Shown: in pieces, positions 1 to 13,002 of the stretch
Layout: the number at the start of each line of letters is the position of its first letter
Position numbering within the stretch: the first letter of the stretch is position 1
Assembly (NCBI GenBank): GCA_973895155.1
Contig: OZ316896.1
Coordinates: 23,021,722 to 23,085,721 of the forward strand
Direction: 5' to 3'
Length of the DNA stretch: 64,000 nucleotides
Source: Marsupella aquatica
Taxonomy: Eukaryota; Plantae; Marchantiophyta
Translations under genes and position numbers: made by a program
The notes under the pieces: generated by a model
Told to the model about the DNA's origin: nothing
The model's input: the letters and a program-made list of their open reading frames with translations, nothing else
The model's database searches: none

Positions 1-80
1 GGATTAGTTTGGAACTGAAAGGTCCCAGGTTCAATCCCCCTTCCACACACATGGGGTGTGGAAGATATATGTGTGTGGGT
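1..80 (+). repeat. tRNA-derived (SINE-like) repeat head, cut by window start
   Basis: GGAACTGAAAGGTCCCAGGTTCAATCCCC has a pol III B-box-like GGTTCAATCC and, with the downstream GGGGTGTGGAAG, matches 5290-5350. No full cloverleaf visible. Confidence 0.45.
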
Positions 81-543
81 GTGATGGGTTTTGTGGGTTT
101 AAGGTTTAGGGTTGTGGATGGGAGTTCTCAATATATATCCCCTGGCTTATATCCCCTGGCTCTCGGCCCCTGGTTGTCCATTTGTGACCCTGATTTAATC
201 TTCTCCCCCTCCTAGTCGGATCTTGAGGGCTCACCCTGAAATGGGATCCCTACAATGAATGTATGTCACTATTGGAGTGAAGAGAGACTACTACACTAAG
301 TGTTCTTCCTCAGTTCTTCAATATCCAAACTAAATAAATAGATCTAGTAAAAAGGACTATTCCTTGAATTTTCTCCCTTCTCTGTTCATGCACTTGAAGG
401 TGACATTCTCAACCACGGCAAAATAGAAACCCTCTTCCTTTGTTATGATTGGTCTTACTTTTCTTTCCCTTGTTTAGTGTTTGTACTCTTTGGACCTCTT
501 TTTCTTTCCTTTCATTCTACTTTGTTTTCTTCCTCATTTATCA

Positions 544-792
544 ATTTTGTTGGAAGTTTTTTCTTCTAAAAAATGATTAAAAACAACTACTTTAGTCTGG
601 CATGGGTAAAAACTAATTTTTCCTGATTTATAAATTTTGGTGGAAGTTGCTCTTCTTAAAAATGATTAAAAAAACTACTTTAGTCTGGCATGGGTAAAAA
701 CTACTTTTTCCTGATTTTTATAAATTTTGGTGTAAGTGGCTCTTCTTAAAAATGATTAAAAACGACTACTTTATTCTGGCATGGGTAAAAAC
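544..792. repeat. AT-rich tandem repeat, ~3 units of ~88-91 bp
   Basis: GGCATGGGTAAAA recurs at ~599, ~687 and ~778, each preceded by AAAATGATTAAAA...ACTACTTT. Confidence 0.85.
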
Positions 793-1439
793 CTCCTCTG
801 GCACGGGTGATGGAAATCGGACGGGTAGCCGAGGAGGAGGGAGAGCCGGTGAGCCGTGACCGAGGAGGAGGGAGAACCAAGGAAAAAGATGCATTTATTT
901 AGTCTTCTTGTGGCGGTGCAATTAATAGTGTCTCTTATTGTATCCACACCTTCCCTCAGCAGCAGCAGCGAGCTTCTCAGTTCTCAGCCTCCTCTCACCG
1001 AGCACAATCAGACTCCATTAGCAAGGCGTGCATGGCATGGCTTGGTAATGTAATGTAGCCAAGGATTCTCTCACGAGAAAGATGGTCTGTCATTAGCTTT
1101 GATCCCTCTCTAGACGTAGAGAACTCGTCTCATGAGCTGAAGAGTGGCATGTCTCAGTAGAAAGCTTGCATGATAAGTAGGGCCGTCCATAGCTGCTCGG
1201 GTAATGTGACTTCGTTCGTGAGAGGAAGCAGAGGAGGATCGAGGAGCATCAGGTTTTAGTAGCTCTGTGCAGTTTGTGGTTGATGGACAAATGCTCCTTT
1301 GAGACGAGCTGCAGGGGATCGAGGTTGGAGCTTTGGCAGGAGTGTCTTCTTGCTTTTGTTCATCAGATCCGACTGGATTAAGGTAATGCGATTTTGAGAA
1401 CGAAAGGGGCAGAGGATCGAGTGGGGAGGCGGGGGGAAA

Positions 1440-2315
1440 ATGGGGCTGTTCGAGGCGGTGGACGGGGTGATCTCCAATGTGATCTTCACTGGGTTTGAAA
1501 AGGTACTCGGAAGGAAGCTGAGCGAGTCGAATGTCACAAAGGGGCTCCCCTTCGTGGACAGCCCAACTCCCATTGTGCTTGGCTTATCCTGTTACCTTGC
1601 GTTCGTCATCACGGGACTACTCGTGATCAAGGCTCAGAATCTGAAGCCCAGAGCCAAGGAGCCGCTTACTCTGAAAGTCTTCGTCATCTTCCACAATACC
1701 TGTTGCTTTCTTCTCAGCCTCTACATGTGCTTGGGCATCATTCGGCAGGCCATCTTGAACCGGTACTCGTTCTGGGGCAACGCATATAACCCTAAGCAGA
1801 TTGAAATGGCTCACCTGATCTACATTTTCTACATGTCGAAGTACATTGAGTTCTTGGACACGGTCATCATGATTCTCAAGTCCAGTACCCGACAAATCAC
1901 AGTGCTGCATGTTTACCATCATGCCTCTATTTCTTTTATTTGGTGGGTAATTGCTTACCATGCTCCAGGTGGGGAAGCCTATTTCTCAGCTGCCTTGAAC
2001 TCTGGAGTCCATGTGGCCATGTACCTCTACTATCTGCTAGCTGCAACTCTGGGAAAGGATGAGAAAGTGCGTCGAAAATACCTCTGGTGGGGCAAATACT
2101 TGACGCAATTGCAGATGTTCCAGTTCTGTTTGAACTTGTTGCAGGCGTACACAAACCTTAAGAATGATGCCCCTTACCCGCGATTTCTGTCCACGATTTT
2201 GTTTTACTACATGATCTCTCTGCTGGTCCTGTTTGCCAATTTCTATGTTCACAAATACATTTTTGGATCCGAGAAGAAGGATCGGAAGGTTCGGAAAGCC
2301 AGCAAGGCGGAATGA
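1440..2315 (+). CDS. ELO/GNS1/SUR4-family fatty acid elongase, delta-6 PUFA elongase type (PSE1-like), intronless, 291 aa
   Basis: Motifs KYIEFLDT, LHVYHH, NSGVHVAMYLYY and LTQLQMFQF; several hydrophobic segments; Lys-rich C-terminus. Confidence 0.93.
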   Translation: MGLFEAVDGVISNVIFTGFEKVLGRKLSESNVTKGLPFVDSPTPIVLGLSCYLAFVITGLLVIKAQNLKPRAKEPLTLKVFVIFHNTCCFLLSLYMCLGIIRQAILNRYSFWGNAYNPKQIEMAHLIYIFYMSKYIEFLDTVIMILKSSTRQITVLHVYHHASISFIWWVIAYHAPGGEAYFSAALNSGVHVAMYLYYLLAATLGKDEKVRRKYLWWGKYLTQLQMFQFCLNLLQAYTNLKNDAPYPRFLSTILFYYMISLLVLFANFYVHKYIFGSEKKDRKVRKASKAE

Positions 2316-3867
2316 GGTTTCTTCCCCGAGCTGGGTTTACCCGAATATTGCACTGGAAGGTTTTCTTGGAGGATGAAGCGAAATTTGTTGTAGGCTTTCC
2401 TCTGGGCGCTTCACGTTGTTTGCTGCACTGTTTTGTGCTCCGTAAGCTAGGTCGGATGCAGTGTGAGCATTGGAAGCTTTGCAGGTTATTGCAGAGTTGA
2501 TAGATTCGTTCAGCTTTAGTATCAAAGTCGAAGGTAATAGTTTCGTGCTTGGAGTTAGGGACACGGCGGCCCTTTATTCAACCGTCCACATTGTTGTGAA
2601 AGTTTGGTGATTTCAGTCACCTCACTTAAATTCTGAAATCATTAGTTTAGACACGAACGTGAGGAGGAGATCGCTCGAGGCTTTATGCGCTTCTGACAAT
2701 TTTATGGGACAGTTTCCAGAAGAAAATCGAAGATGTAGCTTCAAAGGATATTTGATTTATGGAAGAGACATGTCAAGCGAATTGTATGCACTGAGAAACT
2801 TTTAATTGTCACCAATGGCTGTCTACTGCATGAGCATTTCGTTACTACTCCCTAGCCTTCGATTTGATTTGAAAATTTCGAATCCTTTGAATGACTTTTC
2901 GCGTGATTCCTACGACGTGTTCTCCTGTCCAGTAGTGACTGTCTCATCCTGGCGATGACAGCGAAGGCTACGGCAGCGAATGTATACCATCGCTGATGAG
3001 AATCCCATCTATGACCTACCCCAGCAGCAGCAGGGAATGTGTACAATGGCTGATGAGATTCTCATATGTTAGGGGGTGCCAAAGCTGCAAGGCGGCCTTA
3101 CTGGCGACTGTTTTGTCGTCTTTACAGGAGTACTTTTGCACACGAAGAATCTTAGGACAAGGAATCTGATGAAATAGGTACAATTAACAAAGGAGAAGAA
3201 TTAGAAATGCAGATATTTGCCCACAGGGCATCAAGTTTTGATCTTTCGCTTGGTTTCTGTAAAATTAAGCTTACGAGTTCCGCCCGACATTATTACACAG
3301 GCTATGCATAAAAGCCTGTTCCTGGACTTGATAATCCGAATGAAAAACAACTTCGTTACTATTGGATATCCACCGTCTGTAAAATGTTCAACCCGGTTGG
3401 TGTCCTTTGGGGCCCTGCGTTTTGTATGCTAGCTTTATGAATGGATTTCATTTTGTTCTTTCAAGGCAAAAACAAAACCCTCGATCGAATCTATGCCATT
3501 AATTTGACGACTGATCAGCCTCTTGTCGGTCAAAACTTACTTAGCCTGTGTAGTGATTGAAATGCACAAGTAGGAAGACCTGTATTGTGGGGTGAAGTTG
3601 GAAGTGACTCAACTGAGCCAATTTTGATTTTGTCCCATGAGCTCAAAGGGCATTGCAACAGTATACAGACAGCAAATGGCTGCTGAATGAAACTCAACAA
3701 CAAAAAATACTACAAGTTTCATTGAAGAAGACGATGATCTACAATTCACGTCACTTTCTTCACTACTCTAGCTAGGCAGGGCATGACTCATATACAAGGA
3801 GCACCGCCTAAGATGCCATCTATCTACATTCATACGGACATACCCTCTCATCTCAGTTCACCTTGCC

Positions 3868-5181
3868 TCAGAAGACAGCCTGATCGCGGAGTTCCTGACC
3901 TACCATGCCGTCTCTTACAACCCTCTCGAAGAACTCTTCGAGTGTATCACTCCCATAGCTCGGAGTAGCATCCGCATCATAGTCCCCAGTCTCAGGGTTC
4001 AGCACCAGCATACTCTCTGCAGCGTAGTACCTACCAATTTTCCCAAATTCAGCAGGATCTTCAAGATTGGGGAAGAGCTTTTTCCAAAAATCTAGCTGAC
4101 CGATGAAAAAATCCATAATTTGTATGGGAACTTTGATAAACTTAGGCTCCTTGCCCAGAATTCTGAACAACATCTCCCCTTGCTCCAGTGGAGTCAATGC
4201 CTTTCCGGGCCCTCCAATGGGCAAGACCTCATTGACCTTCTCCTCATCTGACACACAATCAGCAATGAACCGAGCGAGATCAGCCTCACTAATGGGCTTA
4301 CAGGCAGAGAGTGCCCCATCTCCGAACATCACATACGGCCCACCCCCCTGCACGGATTTCACCTGTCCGCCCAAGCTCTTGAAAAAGGCAGTGGGCCTCA
4401 CAATGCTGTAGGTACATCTTGAACCCTCTCCTTCTTCAGCCATGGCTTGGAGCTCCTCCTCAAACTTCAGCTTAGCTTTTTGAAACTCCAGGAGCGGCTT
4501 CTGAACACATATTGCCGAGAGGAGAACAAAATGGGACGCCCCCAGGGCTCTACCTGCATCCAAACTATTTCTCGTTGCAGTGTAGTCCACCAGCCAGGAG
4601 TCCTTGACTCCACCTCCCCGGCTGGCCAAGCAAGAGATCACCACATCCACCCCACCACCCCCTCGAGTGGCCTTCAGTGCATTCTCCAACGCTGTGGCGT
4701 CTGTCACGTCAGAGAAGCAGACCGTGGCGCCCGCAAGCTCTGCCTGGGTCTTTTCCTTGTCGGATTTTCCACCAATTCCGCTCTTTTCTCGAGACACAGC
4801 GACCACATTGTACCCTCTCTTCACCATCTCCTTGACCACATACTTGCCTATGTACCCGGTGGCGCCAACGATGACCACATTGGTGTCCTTCGGGCTCTTC
4901 GTCCGGAATCCCATCGTCGCAGTCGTCTCCTTCGCTCCATCCGCCCTCACTGTCATCACCCTTCGATTCGACGTCGCTGCAGCTCGAGCTAGAGCTCCAT
5001 CTCTCTTTACGTGTGACAATTGAGCTCCATTTGCTCTGAATAAGGACTTCCACGAGAGATTCAAGCTCCTCCCAGAGAATGCAGGGATTGCAGCAGAGGT
5101 GGAGTGAGTGACGGAGACGGAGCCCGGTGTGGCCAACGGCAGGAGAGGGAGTGCTCCCACCGCCATAGCCTGCAAATCCAT
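3868..5181 (-). CDS. DVR: 3,8-divinyl (proto)chlorophyllide a 8-vinyl reductase, chloroplastic, intronless, 437 aa
   Basis: Ser/Ala/Arg-rich transit peptide, Rossmann motif VVGATGYIG, and DVR segments [56 protein letters not shown]. Confidence 0.96.
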   Translation of the reverse strand: MDLQAMAVGALPLLPLATPGSVSVTHSTSAAIPAFSGRSLNLSWKSLFRANGAQLSHVKRDGALARAAATSNRRVMTVRADGAKETTATMGFRTKSPKDTNVVIVGATGYIGKYVVKEMVKRGYNVVAVSREKSGIGGKSDKEKTQAELAGATVCFSDVTDATALENALKATRGGGGVDVVISCLASRGGGVKDSWLVDYTATRNSLDAGRALGASHFVLLSAICVQKPLLEFQKAKLKFEEELQAMAEEGEGSRCTYSIVRPTAFFKSLGGQVKSVQGGGPYVMFGDGALSACKPISEADLARFIADCVSDEEKVNEVLPIGGPGKALTPLEQGEMLFRILGKEPKFIKVPIQIMDFFIGQLDFWKKLFPNLEDPAEFGKIGRYYAAESMLVLNPETGDYDADATPSYGSDTLEEFFERVVRDGMVGQELRDQAVF

Positions 5182-6150
5182 CTCTCTCTCTCTCGCTCTG
5201 TCTTTCTCTCTCTCCCGCTCGCTCGGAAGATTAAGCCCCGAGCTTCAGAAAAGAACGACTAAAGTAAGTTCGGTCGGTTAGGAGATAAGGCTGGAACCGA
5301 GAGGTCCCCGGTTCAATCCCCTCTCCACCAGCAAGGGGGGTGTGGAAGCTATGTGTGTGCATCTCTGGCCTGCTCTAATCAGAACACATCAAAATGTGTA
5401 AATATCAGTGTGCGCTCAGTGATTTAAAAAAATTAACAAGTTTTATCATGGCATAGAGGGTTGTCGTATGCACTATGTGTCATATTTTTGACCCCATCTC
5501 TGGGTGGGAAGTAGTGGTGGGGAGTATTGATTTCTCCTCGGCCTTGGGGTGGCCGCTTTGGGGCCCTGGTCCAACCCTCTCTCCTTCCTGGTATGTGATC
5601 TGACAGAGTGGTGCATGGTCCAATGGAGAACGTTTAGGTCTGTTGGATGGGTCTGCTTTGCTTTCGGTTTACAAGGCTTCCTGGCTTGTGGGCTACCCTA
5701 TAGTGTTGCATGCTCCATAGTAGAATGTTTCTCCTGTGTTGGATTGGTGTGCTTTTGGTTTTCAAGGCTTCCCCACTTGTACACTACCCTGTAGTGGTAT
5801 ATGCTCTAGAGTAGAATATTTCTCCTCTGTTGGATGGGTTTGCTTTTGGTTTCAAGGCACCAAAAAAAGAGCAACTAACCAATATATACTTCAATCTTGG
5901 GTATAGTCCCTGCTTGTGGGACCCTACACTGGTGCATGCTCCAAAGTATGGGTTTGCTTTCAGTTTTCAAGGCAAAAAATAAAGAGAAGGACTACTAACC
6001 AGTACATACTTGAACAGCAAGAGAGTTAGCTTACTATGGCCAAATGGACCATAGTTGAGACCTGCCCACAAAATTCAATCCTTACCATGACCTTGTGCTG
6101 ACCAGTACAGTGTTGGTCACAGTAAGTATTTACCATGGTGGCTGGAGATT
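5182..6150. repeat. DVR 5'-flank segment, left arm of a ~1-kb inverted duplication (partners 14485-15575 and 49228-50314)
   Basis: The reverse complement aligns along its length, from the (CT)n tract next to the DVR ATG to TACCATGGTGGCTGGA. The ORF track shows the same peptide at 5549+ and 14875-. Confidence 0.9.
5262..5350 (+). repeat. tRNA-derived SINE-like head upstream of DVR
   Basis: AGTTCGGTCGGTTAG (A-box-like) and GGTTCAATCCC (B-box-like) followed by CTCTCCACCA; related copies at 1-80, ~15393-15460 (-) and 37324-37390 (-). Confidence 0.5.
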
Positions 6151-8850
6151 GGGTTTTGTGAATAGATATTGACTATAGTCCACTTTGTTACATGTTGCTT
6201 ATTAAGCACCTGCCATCAATTGCTAAGAATCTTAGATTTGTAGCTAGAGGCACACTTGTGATCTCATAGCACTACTGGGCCTGTTGCACAGCTAGGTAGT
6301 GGTAAAGGTTATAAGGCAAATGATTCTCTTGTAAACAGGACGGTGCGCAATTCTTGGTATCAAAGCTAACAACTTGGAAAGAAACAATAAAACCCTTGGC
6401 TTGCAATCAAAGTAACCTCAACCAGTATTGGAAGTTGGTGGTGGTTGAGGAGTATTGTGCCAATTCCAAGACCGAAAGGAAACATGACTGATACAAGGAA
6501 AAGTTAGTCAAAGGCCAAGTCAGTCAGTCAAAGGTCAAGTCCATGACAACGTACGGAAGCCCAACGATGAACCTCGACCAGCAAAGAAAAAGGTCTAGCC
6601 AAAGGTTAAATGTAACTAAGGTGGATCCTAAAGATGAAAGCAACAAGTCAGAGGTCAAGTAAGGTCAGCAAGGCAAGCTTGCCTTCGACAACATTGACGA
6701 CACACTTGGTCCTAATAGAGGGAAGAGATCAGCAATTGAATGCACAATGATGGGAAAGATGTTGCCGCCCCACAACTCACCACCGTCGCCAAAACCGTTA
6801 CTTAGCTAAGGAGAATTTAAAGCCAAAATCCAAGGGGAAGATTGTGGCAAGTTTTCGACAGTCTAGAGTTGATAGTAGTAAAGTTGGCACTGCCAAACTC
6901 AAACTGGGGGGAACGTTGCCAAACCAAAGACACAAACAATGCAGAAGGCTAAGCGGGACTCCACAGCATAGTTTATTGATTTTAATAGGGAAATGCCACA
7001 TTTACAAAAGATTACAAAAGGGACATATACATATTGCAATGTGAATTGGACTAGACAAAAACTACTTTGGCCGAGGTGCACCCCGGGGGTGCACCAGACA
7101 CAAGCAATAACGAAGGATTGTTACCTCACAACAAGTTTAGTGAGGTAACCAAACAAGTGTTTGGGAGAGTACAACAGTGAAATTGAATGATTGAGTGGAT
7201 ACTCCTCAAAGGGACATCTACTACATTGATTTCAGATGATCAGATTTAGAGAGGCTGACAGATATCGATTGACAGTACTTTACTTCTGTGGTCACTGCAA
7301 TTGAATTGGACGATGTGGGCTAAGTTAGCTAAGAACTTTTCATTGGAAGCTACCGAAAAATTCAGGACATTCAAATGTCCACCTCCGTCAGATGATCGCC
7401 AATTTTTCGCGGTGCATATGCGGCAATCCCTTGGCCTCGAAACATTGTCTAGTCAGAATTGCAACAATAATGACACAATTTCACTATTGAAATCATCCTT
7501 TGACGAACTCGTGTGCAGAAATATGCTTGCAATGGAATTCATGAACCGAATCAAAGGCCAATGACACGTTGGCCCGCACGTTGGTGAGAAGACGATGTCA
7601 AGGAGTGAGAGCCTCCCTACCCCGATCCTGTTGAAGGACCCGGACCCATTAGTTAACGGCAGTGACGGGTATCCGAGGGTAGCCACCTGAACACCAAGTC
7701 TCAGAGACCAATGAGGCCATCTATGGAACATGAAGAGCCAGGTGAGTCAACGAGACAAACATACTCTATATAATGATCAGGTCGACACTTTCAAGTTTCA
7801 ACATTCTAAAGGGATGGTGGTCCTTCTAGATTGGTACGGTCGGAATGATCGATTGACCGGCACTAGCTTACGTACTTAAACAACATTTCATGCCAGGAGT
7901 CGGATACTTGGCGAATCGGAGGTAGTATGAAAACACTAGGGTACATAGTCAGAGGCAGTAGATGGATTGCAGCTGAGAAAGTCAGTCTCTGGCCGGCCTG
8001 CATTGAGAGGCAGTAGATGGATTCGAGCTGAGAAAGGAACTCATGCATACAAGGCCAGGTCTCGACCAAACTTACACTATATCACCTATGCCTCCCAAAA
8101 AGTCTGTCACCCTTTTACAAAAGGAGAAAAAAACCTGAGCCAATCTTCGCCCCTAGTCAAAAATTGATTTTTTTGGCACCTTAAAATACACCCATACATC
8201 GCTCTTATCAAATTTCTGCCGTAAGTTCAAGTTGCCCAACCTATCCGAAATGAGAATTTTTCACACTCTTGGTAAGAGATAGCTTAGTATAGGGTTGAGT
8301 GATCCCTTATGTACGCCCGTATGTATGAAATGCAGGATGAAAATAATGTCAATTTTTATTTTGAACATGAGGATAAAAATAACATAGTCTAACAACACAT
8401 TGGCAAGACTGAAAAATAAATGTTGACACCTTATCTAATTAAGGCAGATTGAAACGAAAATACATAACAAAAATTTCAATAAAACAAATTTAAACCTGAG
8501 TACCCCAAACTAGGTAACATCAGAATCATCTTGTCTAGCTTATTTGAATGACTTGCTGTATATCTTTATTAATGTCATTCTGGTCCATCCTCTATGCGGG
8601 ACTCTATGGTGGGAACCCTTCTTGCTACCTTGTCTTATTTGAACTACTGCTCAAAGCCTATATCTCAATATTAAATATTCTAGTAACCATTTCTAAAGAG
8701 ATCCTAAAACAGACATCTTTGAGTAGGCTCAAATTTGTTCAGTAGGGTTTTTGATCTTTTCTAGTGGTTGAATATTCTCTGGGTTTCTCGCTCTTCCTTG
8801 GTTTTCCCCTTTGCCTATGGTAGCTCTTTTTCTTTTTTTCTCGTTTTGTG

Positions 8851-8900
8851 ATACTATACTATACTATACTATACTATACTATACTATACTATACTATACT
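8851..8900. repeat. (ATACT)n microsatellite, 10 units
   Basis: Direct reading; 14 units in copy 2 (43574-43643). Confidence 0.95.
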
Positions 8901-9693
8901 AGAGACTCAAATGTGTGAAATGTGTGAAACGTGTCCATCTTCGTCGGTGAAAGCTGTAGGAAGGAAATATGTAGCTCCCTGGCTATTGTTAGAAGACATC
9001 CAGAGTCCCAATAAGTTCGTGAAGGACCATGGGTTATCTCGAAAATTGAAGGACCGTCTCTTCTCTGTGTTGACTGCACGCCTTGTCAAACGGACCTGGC
9101 CCCGGCCCGAATCCACTGGATTCCATGCCAGGACCTTGTAGAAACCATCCCACTATTAAAGGCTCAGACCTCTGCTGAGAACCATATCGGTCTGCCTTGA
9201 TCACCTACACAATCGTGATAATGCAGCTTTCATTCTTGAGCTGCTCACTACACTGGATGCATGCAGACGACTAGCTGGTGTACCTTGGTTTTGATATTTC
9301 AGCGTGTTTAGTTCTTGAGTAATGTGGCTTCTGATCGAACGATTTGTGTGATCGATCAATCACAACAAAAATCGTCAGGCTGCGTGGTTTCTCTTTCTAG
9401 TCTGCCTTTCAGGACACAACAACGAGCCGTGAATAGTTAGTTCGTTCGTGATTGCGAAGCGAATCTGAAGGGAAGAGGCTGAGGTCAGGCTTCCTCCATT
9501 GAGCAACAGTCACATATTGGTGCTTTGAGGAATTCCTTCCCCAAGAAAGCATCCCTTTAAGCTCAACGAGTTTTTCACTGCAGATTCATCCGGCTCGACG
9601 TAGCAGCTGTGAGTTACTTAGGAGCCTATCGAGAGGAGCACAACCTCCAGTAAACCTTCGCCCAGGGTGGTTCGCCCAGGGTGGAGCGGGGCA

Positions 9694-12018
9694 ATGGAGG
9701 TCCCCTTGCTGTGGATATTGGTGTGGTGTACGATCCCCTTAGCTTTCATGTTCCCGGCAGTTGTGCACGGCGACCCAATTAAGGTAACCTTCGATCACTG
9801 CCGGAATTCAACCTCCTTGCTTGATCCACTGCGCGGCAATTCCTCAGAATCCATCCCGTGCTGTCCCGTCATGCCAACTAGGCCGATCGTCAACGGGCCG
9901 CCTCCTCTATTGACGGAACACATCAGAGTTAGACAAGCTGCGCAATGCACGGATGCAGCTTACGCTGCAAAGCTCAACAAGGCGTATGCGTTGATGCGGG
10001 CGCTGCCAGAAGATGACCCACGTTCCTTCTCTCAGCAATGGCAGCTTCACTGCTCTTACTGCGGGGGTGCATTCTTGACCGTTAACAGCAGTGGATCTCC
10101 TCAGGGAATCGACATCCACTGGAGCTGGCTATTCTATCCATGGCACAGGTACGTCAAATCATTACCTGCACCACTACACCAATGTCATCGATTCCAGACC
10201 AGTCTAGTCCTTGAAACATTCAGGAGCTGTTACAAAAAGTAATGTTTCAATTGAAGGATAAATTAGACAGGTTCACAGATGTTTGCGGGTACGTAGTCGC
10301 TACAATGATTTTTCCTTACAGGGTTAATTACGATTCTCAAGGAAGTTTGAATTCGATCTCGATCACTGAGAAGCTGATAAGTGTTGCAACTAATGAATAT
10401 ATGCAGGTGGTACTTGTACTTCCACGAGAGGATCCTGCAGTCGCTCCTGGGAGACCCCGACTTCAGCCTCACTTACTGGAACTGGGATGCTCCCTACAGT
10501 GTAGGAGATGGGTCTTCCAAGAATGGAGCTTGCCTGAAACAGGGACATGATTTCCCAGCCTTCTACGCCGACAATTCCTCCGCCGCATACGATGTCAATC
10601 GATCTGCGAATGCGAAGGGATATGGCCGTCTGCACTTCCCCGATGTCAGTTACACCCCTGTCACACCTGCAATAACACAGGTTCTCTTCAACGCATCTGG
10701 AGAAGACATCATTGAAAGTAATCTGAACATATTGTACCAAGCATTGGTGAGCGGCGGAACATCGAAAGAAACCTTCATGGGTCGGCCATATCGCGCAGGA
10801 AACGCGGCAGGTGTGTATATAAACCGATCGATTTGACTGAGAAAACTCTCCACATAAGCTACTTTAAGCCAGCCATAAAGAAAACAAGACTTTCTACCAT
10901 CCCTAGGTAGCGTTAGTTACAAACAATTTGACTCTTTCCTAAAGAGCTTACTCGAATCATATCTTGAGCGCTTGCAATCCCAACGATGTCGGCTAACTCT
11001 TGTTGGTTTTGAATTCACAGGCACTGGAGGCCCAAATGGAGGTGCTGGAACGCTAGAAAATGGCGCTCACTCTGGTGTTCATTCCTGGGTCGGAACAGAC
11101 CCGCCAGGCAACGACATGGGCCAGCTTTCACGCTCAAGCCGTGACCCTGCCTTCTTCGCTCATCATATCAACCTCGATCGTATGTGGCAGGTACGTCAGT
11201 TAATTAGCTCGAGATAATTGATTATCGAATACAGATCGATGTCATTAATTTCTATGGTCATGGACTGATTAAATTTTGCAGAATTATGTTGATTGTTCAG
11301 CTCGGGAAAGCTGATATATTTCCGTGGTTGGCTGAAACAGGTATGGAAAGATATCGGGCCAGTACTAGGTCAGACTCATGAGGACTACTCGGACCCTGAC
11401 TTTCTGAATGCTGAGTTTCTGTTCTACGATGAAAACAAGGATCTGAGAAGAGTGAAGGTAGGAGACTCGTTAGACTCGAAAAAGTTGGGATATGTTTATC
11501 AAGGCGCTAATGATGCACCATGGGTCTTCTTCAACACTACCAAGTGTAATAAGCTTAGCTACAACGAACTTATTGCCCAAGCCGAAAGCTTGCCAGTGCC
11601 AAGCAAAGACTCGAGAGGATACTACCACCTGAACGGCGGTAAGACATTCACTATGGTGGTGGAAAGACCAGAGAATCCACACGGCCTTGAAGAGTTCCTC
11701 ACCATTGATGGAATCAAACTCGACAGAACTCGGAACACAGGGTTTGACGTGTTTGTGGATTGGGTGAACCCGACCGAGCATTCAGTGCCAACCAAATGCG
11801 CTGAATTCTCTGGGAGATTCACCAACTTGGTTCAGAGCCGATCTGCTACTGAAGGGAAACCGGATTTGGACTGGAAGCAAAGTATTTCCAGAACACTAGA
11901 TGATATTGAAGCTCCAGCAGGCCCTTCAAAGGTCGTCATCACTCTAGTGCCTATGTATCGAAAGGAAGACCCAGATGAGACCTTGATCAAATTCAAATTC
12001 ATCACGATTGACATTTGA
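9694..12018 (+). CDS. PPO: Polyphenol oxidase (type-3 copper), 4 exons 9694-10148, 10407-10810, 11021-11190, 11341-12018; 568 aa with predicted signal peptide
   Basis: GT-AG introns give a continuous 1707-nt frame. CuA LHCSYC...IHWSWLFYPWHRWYLYFHERIL; CuB HSGVHSWVG...RDPAFFAHHINLDRMW; DWL-like DPDFLNAEFLFYDEN; KFDV-like GFDVFV; hydrophobic N-terminus ending AVVHG. Confidence 0.93.
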
Positions 12019-13002
12019 AGAAGGCCGACTTCAGTGACGATATATCTATACGCGATTATTAAACTTCATCGTAGAATCGTACGATGATGAATGATTTGTC
12101 GTTTCTCCTCACCTACATATATATATATATATTTAAATCTCCAGAGAGCCAGAATGGCTCACACAAGTAGACCTTTGACATTTAGCATCACCGCTTTTTC
12201 ACGTTCCTGATAAATTCAGCTACATCAATTAAATGGGTAGAGTTTCACTAGATCCTACATTTGATTGGCGAAAAAAATCAGTGCACAATTGGGCAGAGTT
12301 TCTATGGATTTTCTAGATTATTTGTGCCTAAGTAAGCAATAGACAGAGAATGATTAGGACTTCAATAAATTATACAATTTCTGGCTAAAGTTTCTTAATG
12401 ATCAAATTAAGGAGAACTATCATTTTCTAACCAAAAGAAAGATTAACAACTCAGCCATTCGCATCAAAAACAATCTCTTGGCAAGAAATGGAACAGCTCA
12501 GTCATTCGCGCACCTCTCAGTGCTCCAGACTGTGTTCGCATTTTACTAACGGTATGTAAACTGTTGTACTTAGAACCCTCGATAGAATCTAAGCTCTCGG
12601 TCAAAATTTATTTAGCGTGTGTAGTGATTGAACGCACAAGAAGGAAAACTCTCTGTTTGTCACCGTTCATCGTTCGTAAGTAGCATCCCTGTTCCGGTGT
12701 TTGTTGGCATTTTTTGTTTGGAGCGCACAACGTACCGTAATTTCTTGTTACCGATTCGCCATCCCAGTAGGGTCTAGGTCACCTAAACAATGGTCAGATT
12801 GTCAAAGACGTGGACCACCCCATGAAGAGAATCCGTAATCTGTGGTTGGAATAGAGTTGTCTCATCGTGCATCTCTTTCGTACCAGTGAATAACATGATT
12901 GCATTTTGAAAGGGAGTGGTGACGATGCGAGTTTTGTCATGTTTTGTTCCAATTTTGGAGATTAGATCGTGAAGAATAGTTCCTGCTTCATGAACTTAGC
13001 TG

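Noticed and set aside
4103-5053. Overlapping ORFs antisense to or out of frame with DVR, and similar ones over the elongase and PPO
   Set aside because: Shadow frames of real coding sequence with no recognisable motifs.
5262-5332. Functional tRNA gene ending in CCA
   Set aside because: A- and B-box-like motifs are present, but I cannot fold convincing acceptor and anticodon stems; diverged copies point to a SINE-like repeat.
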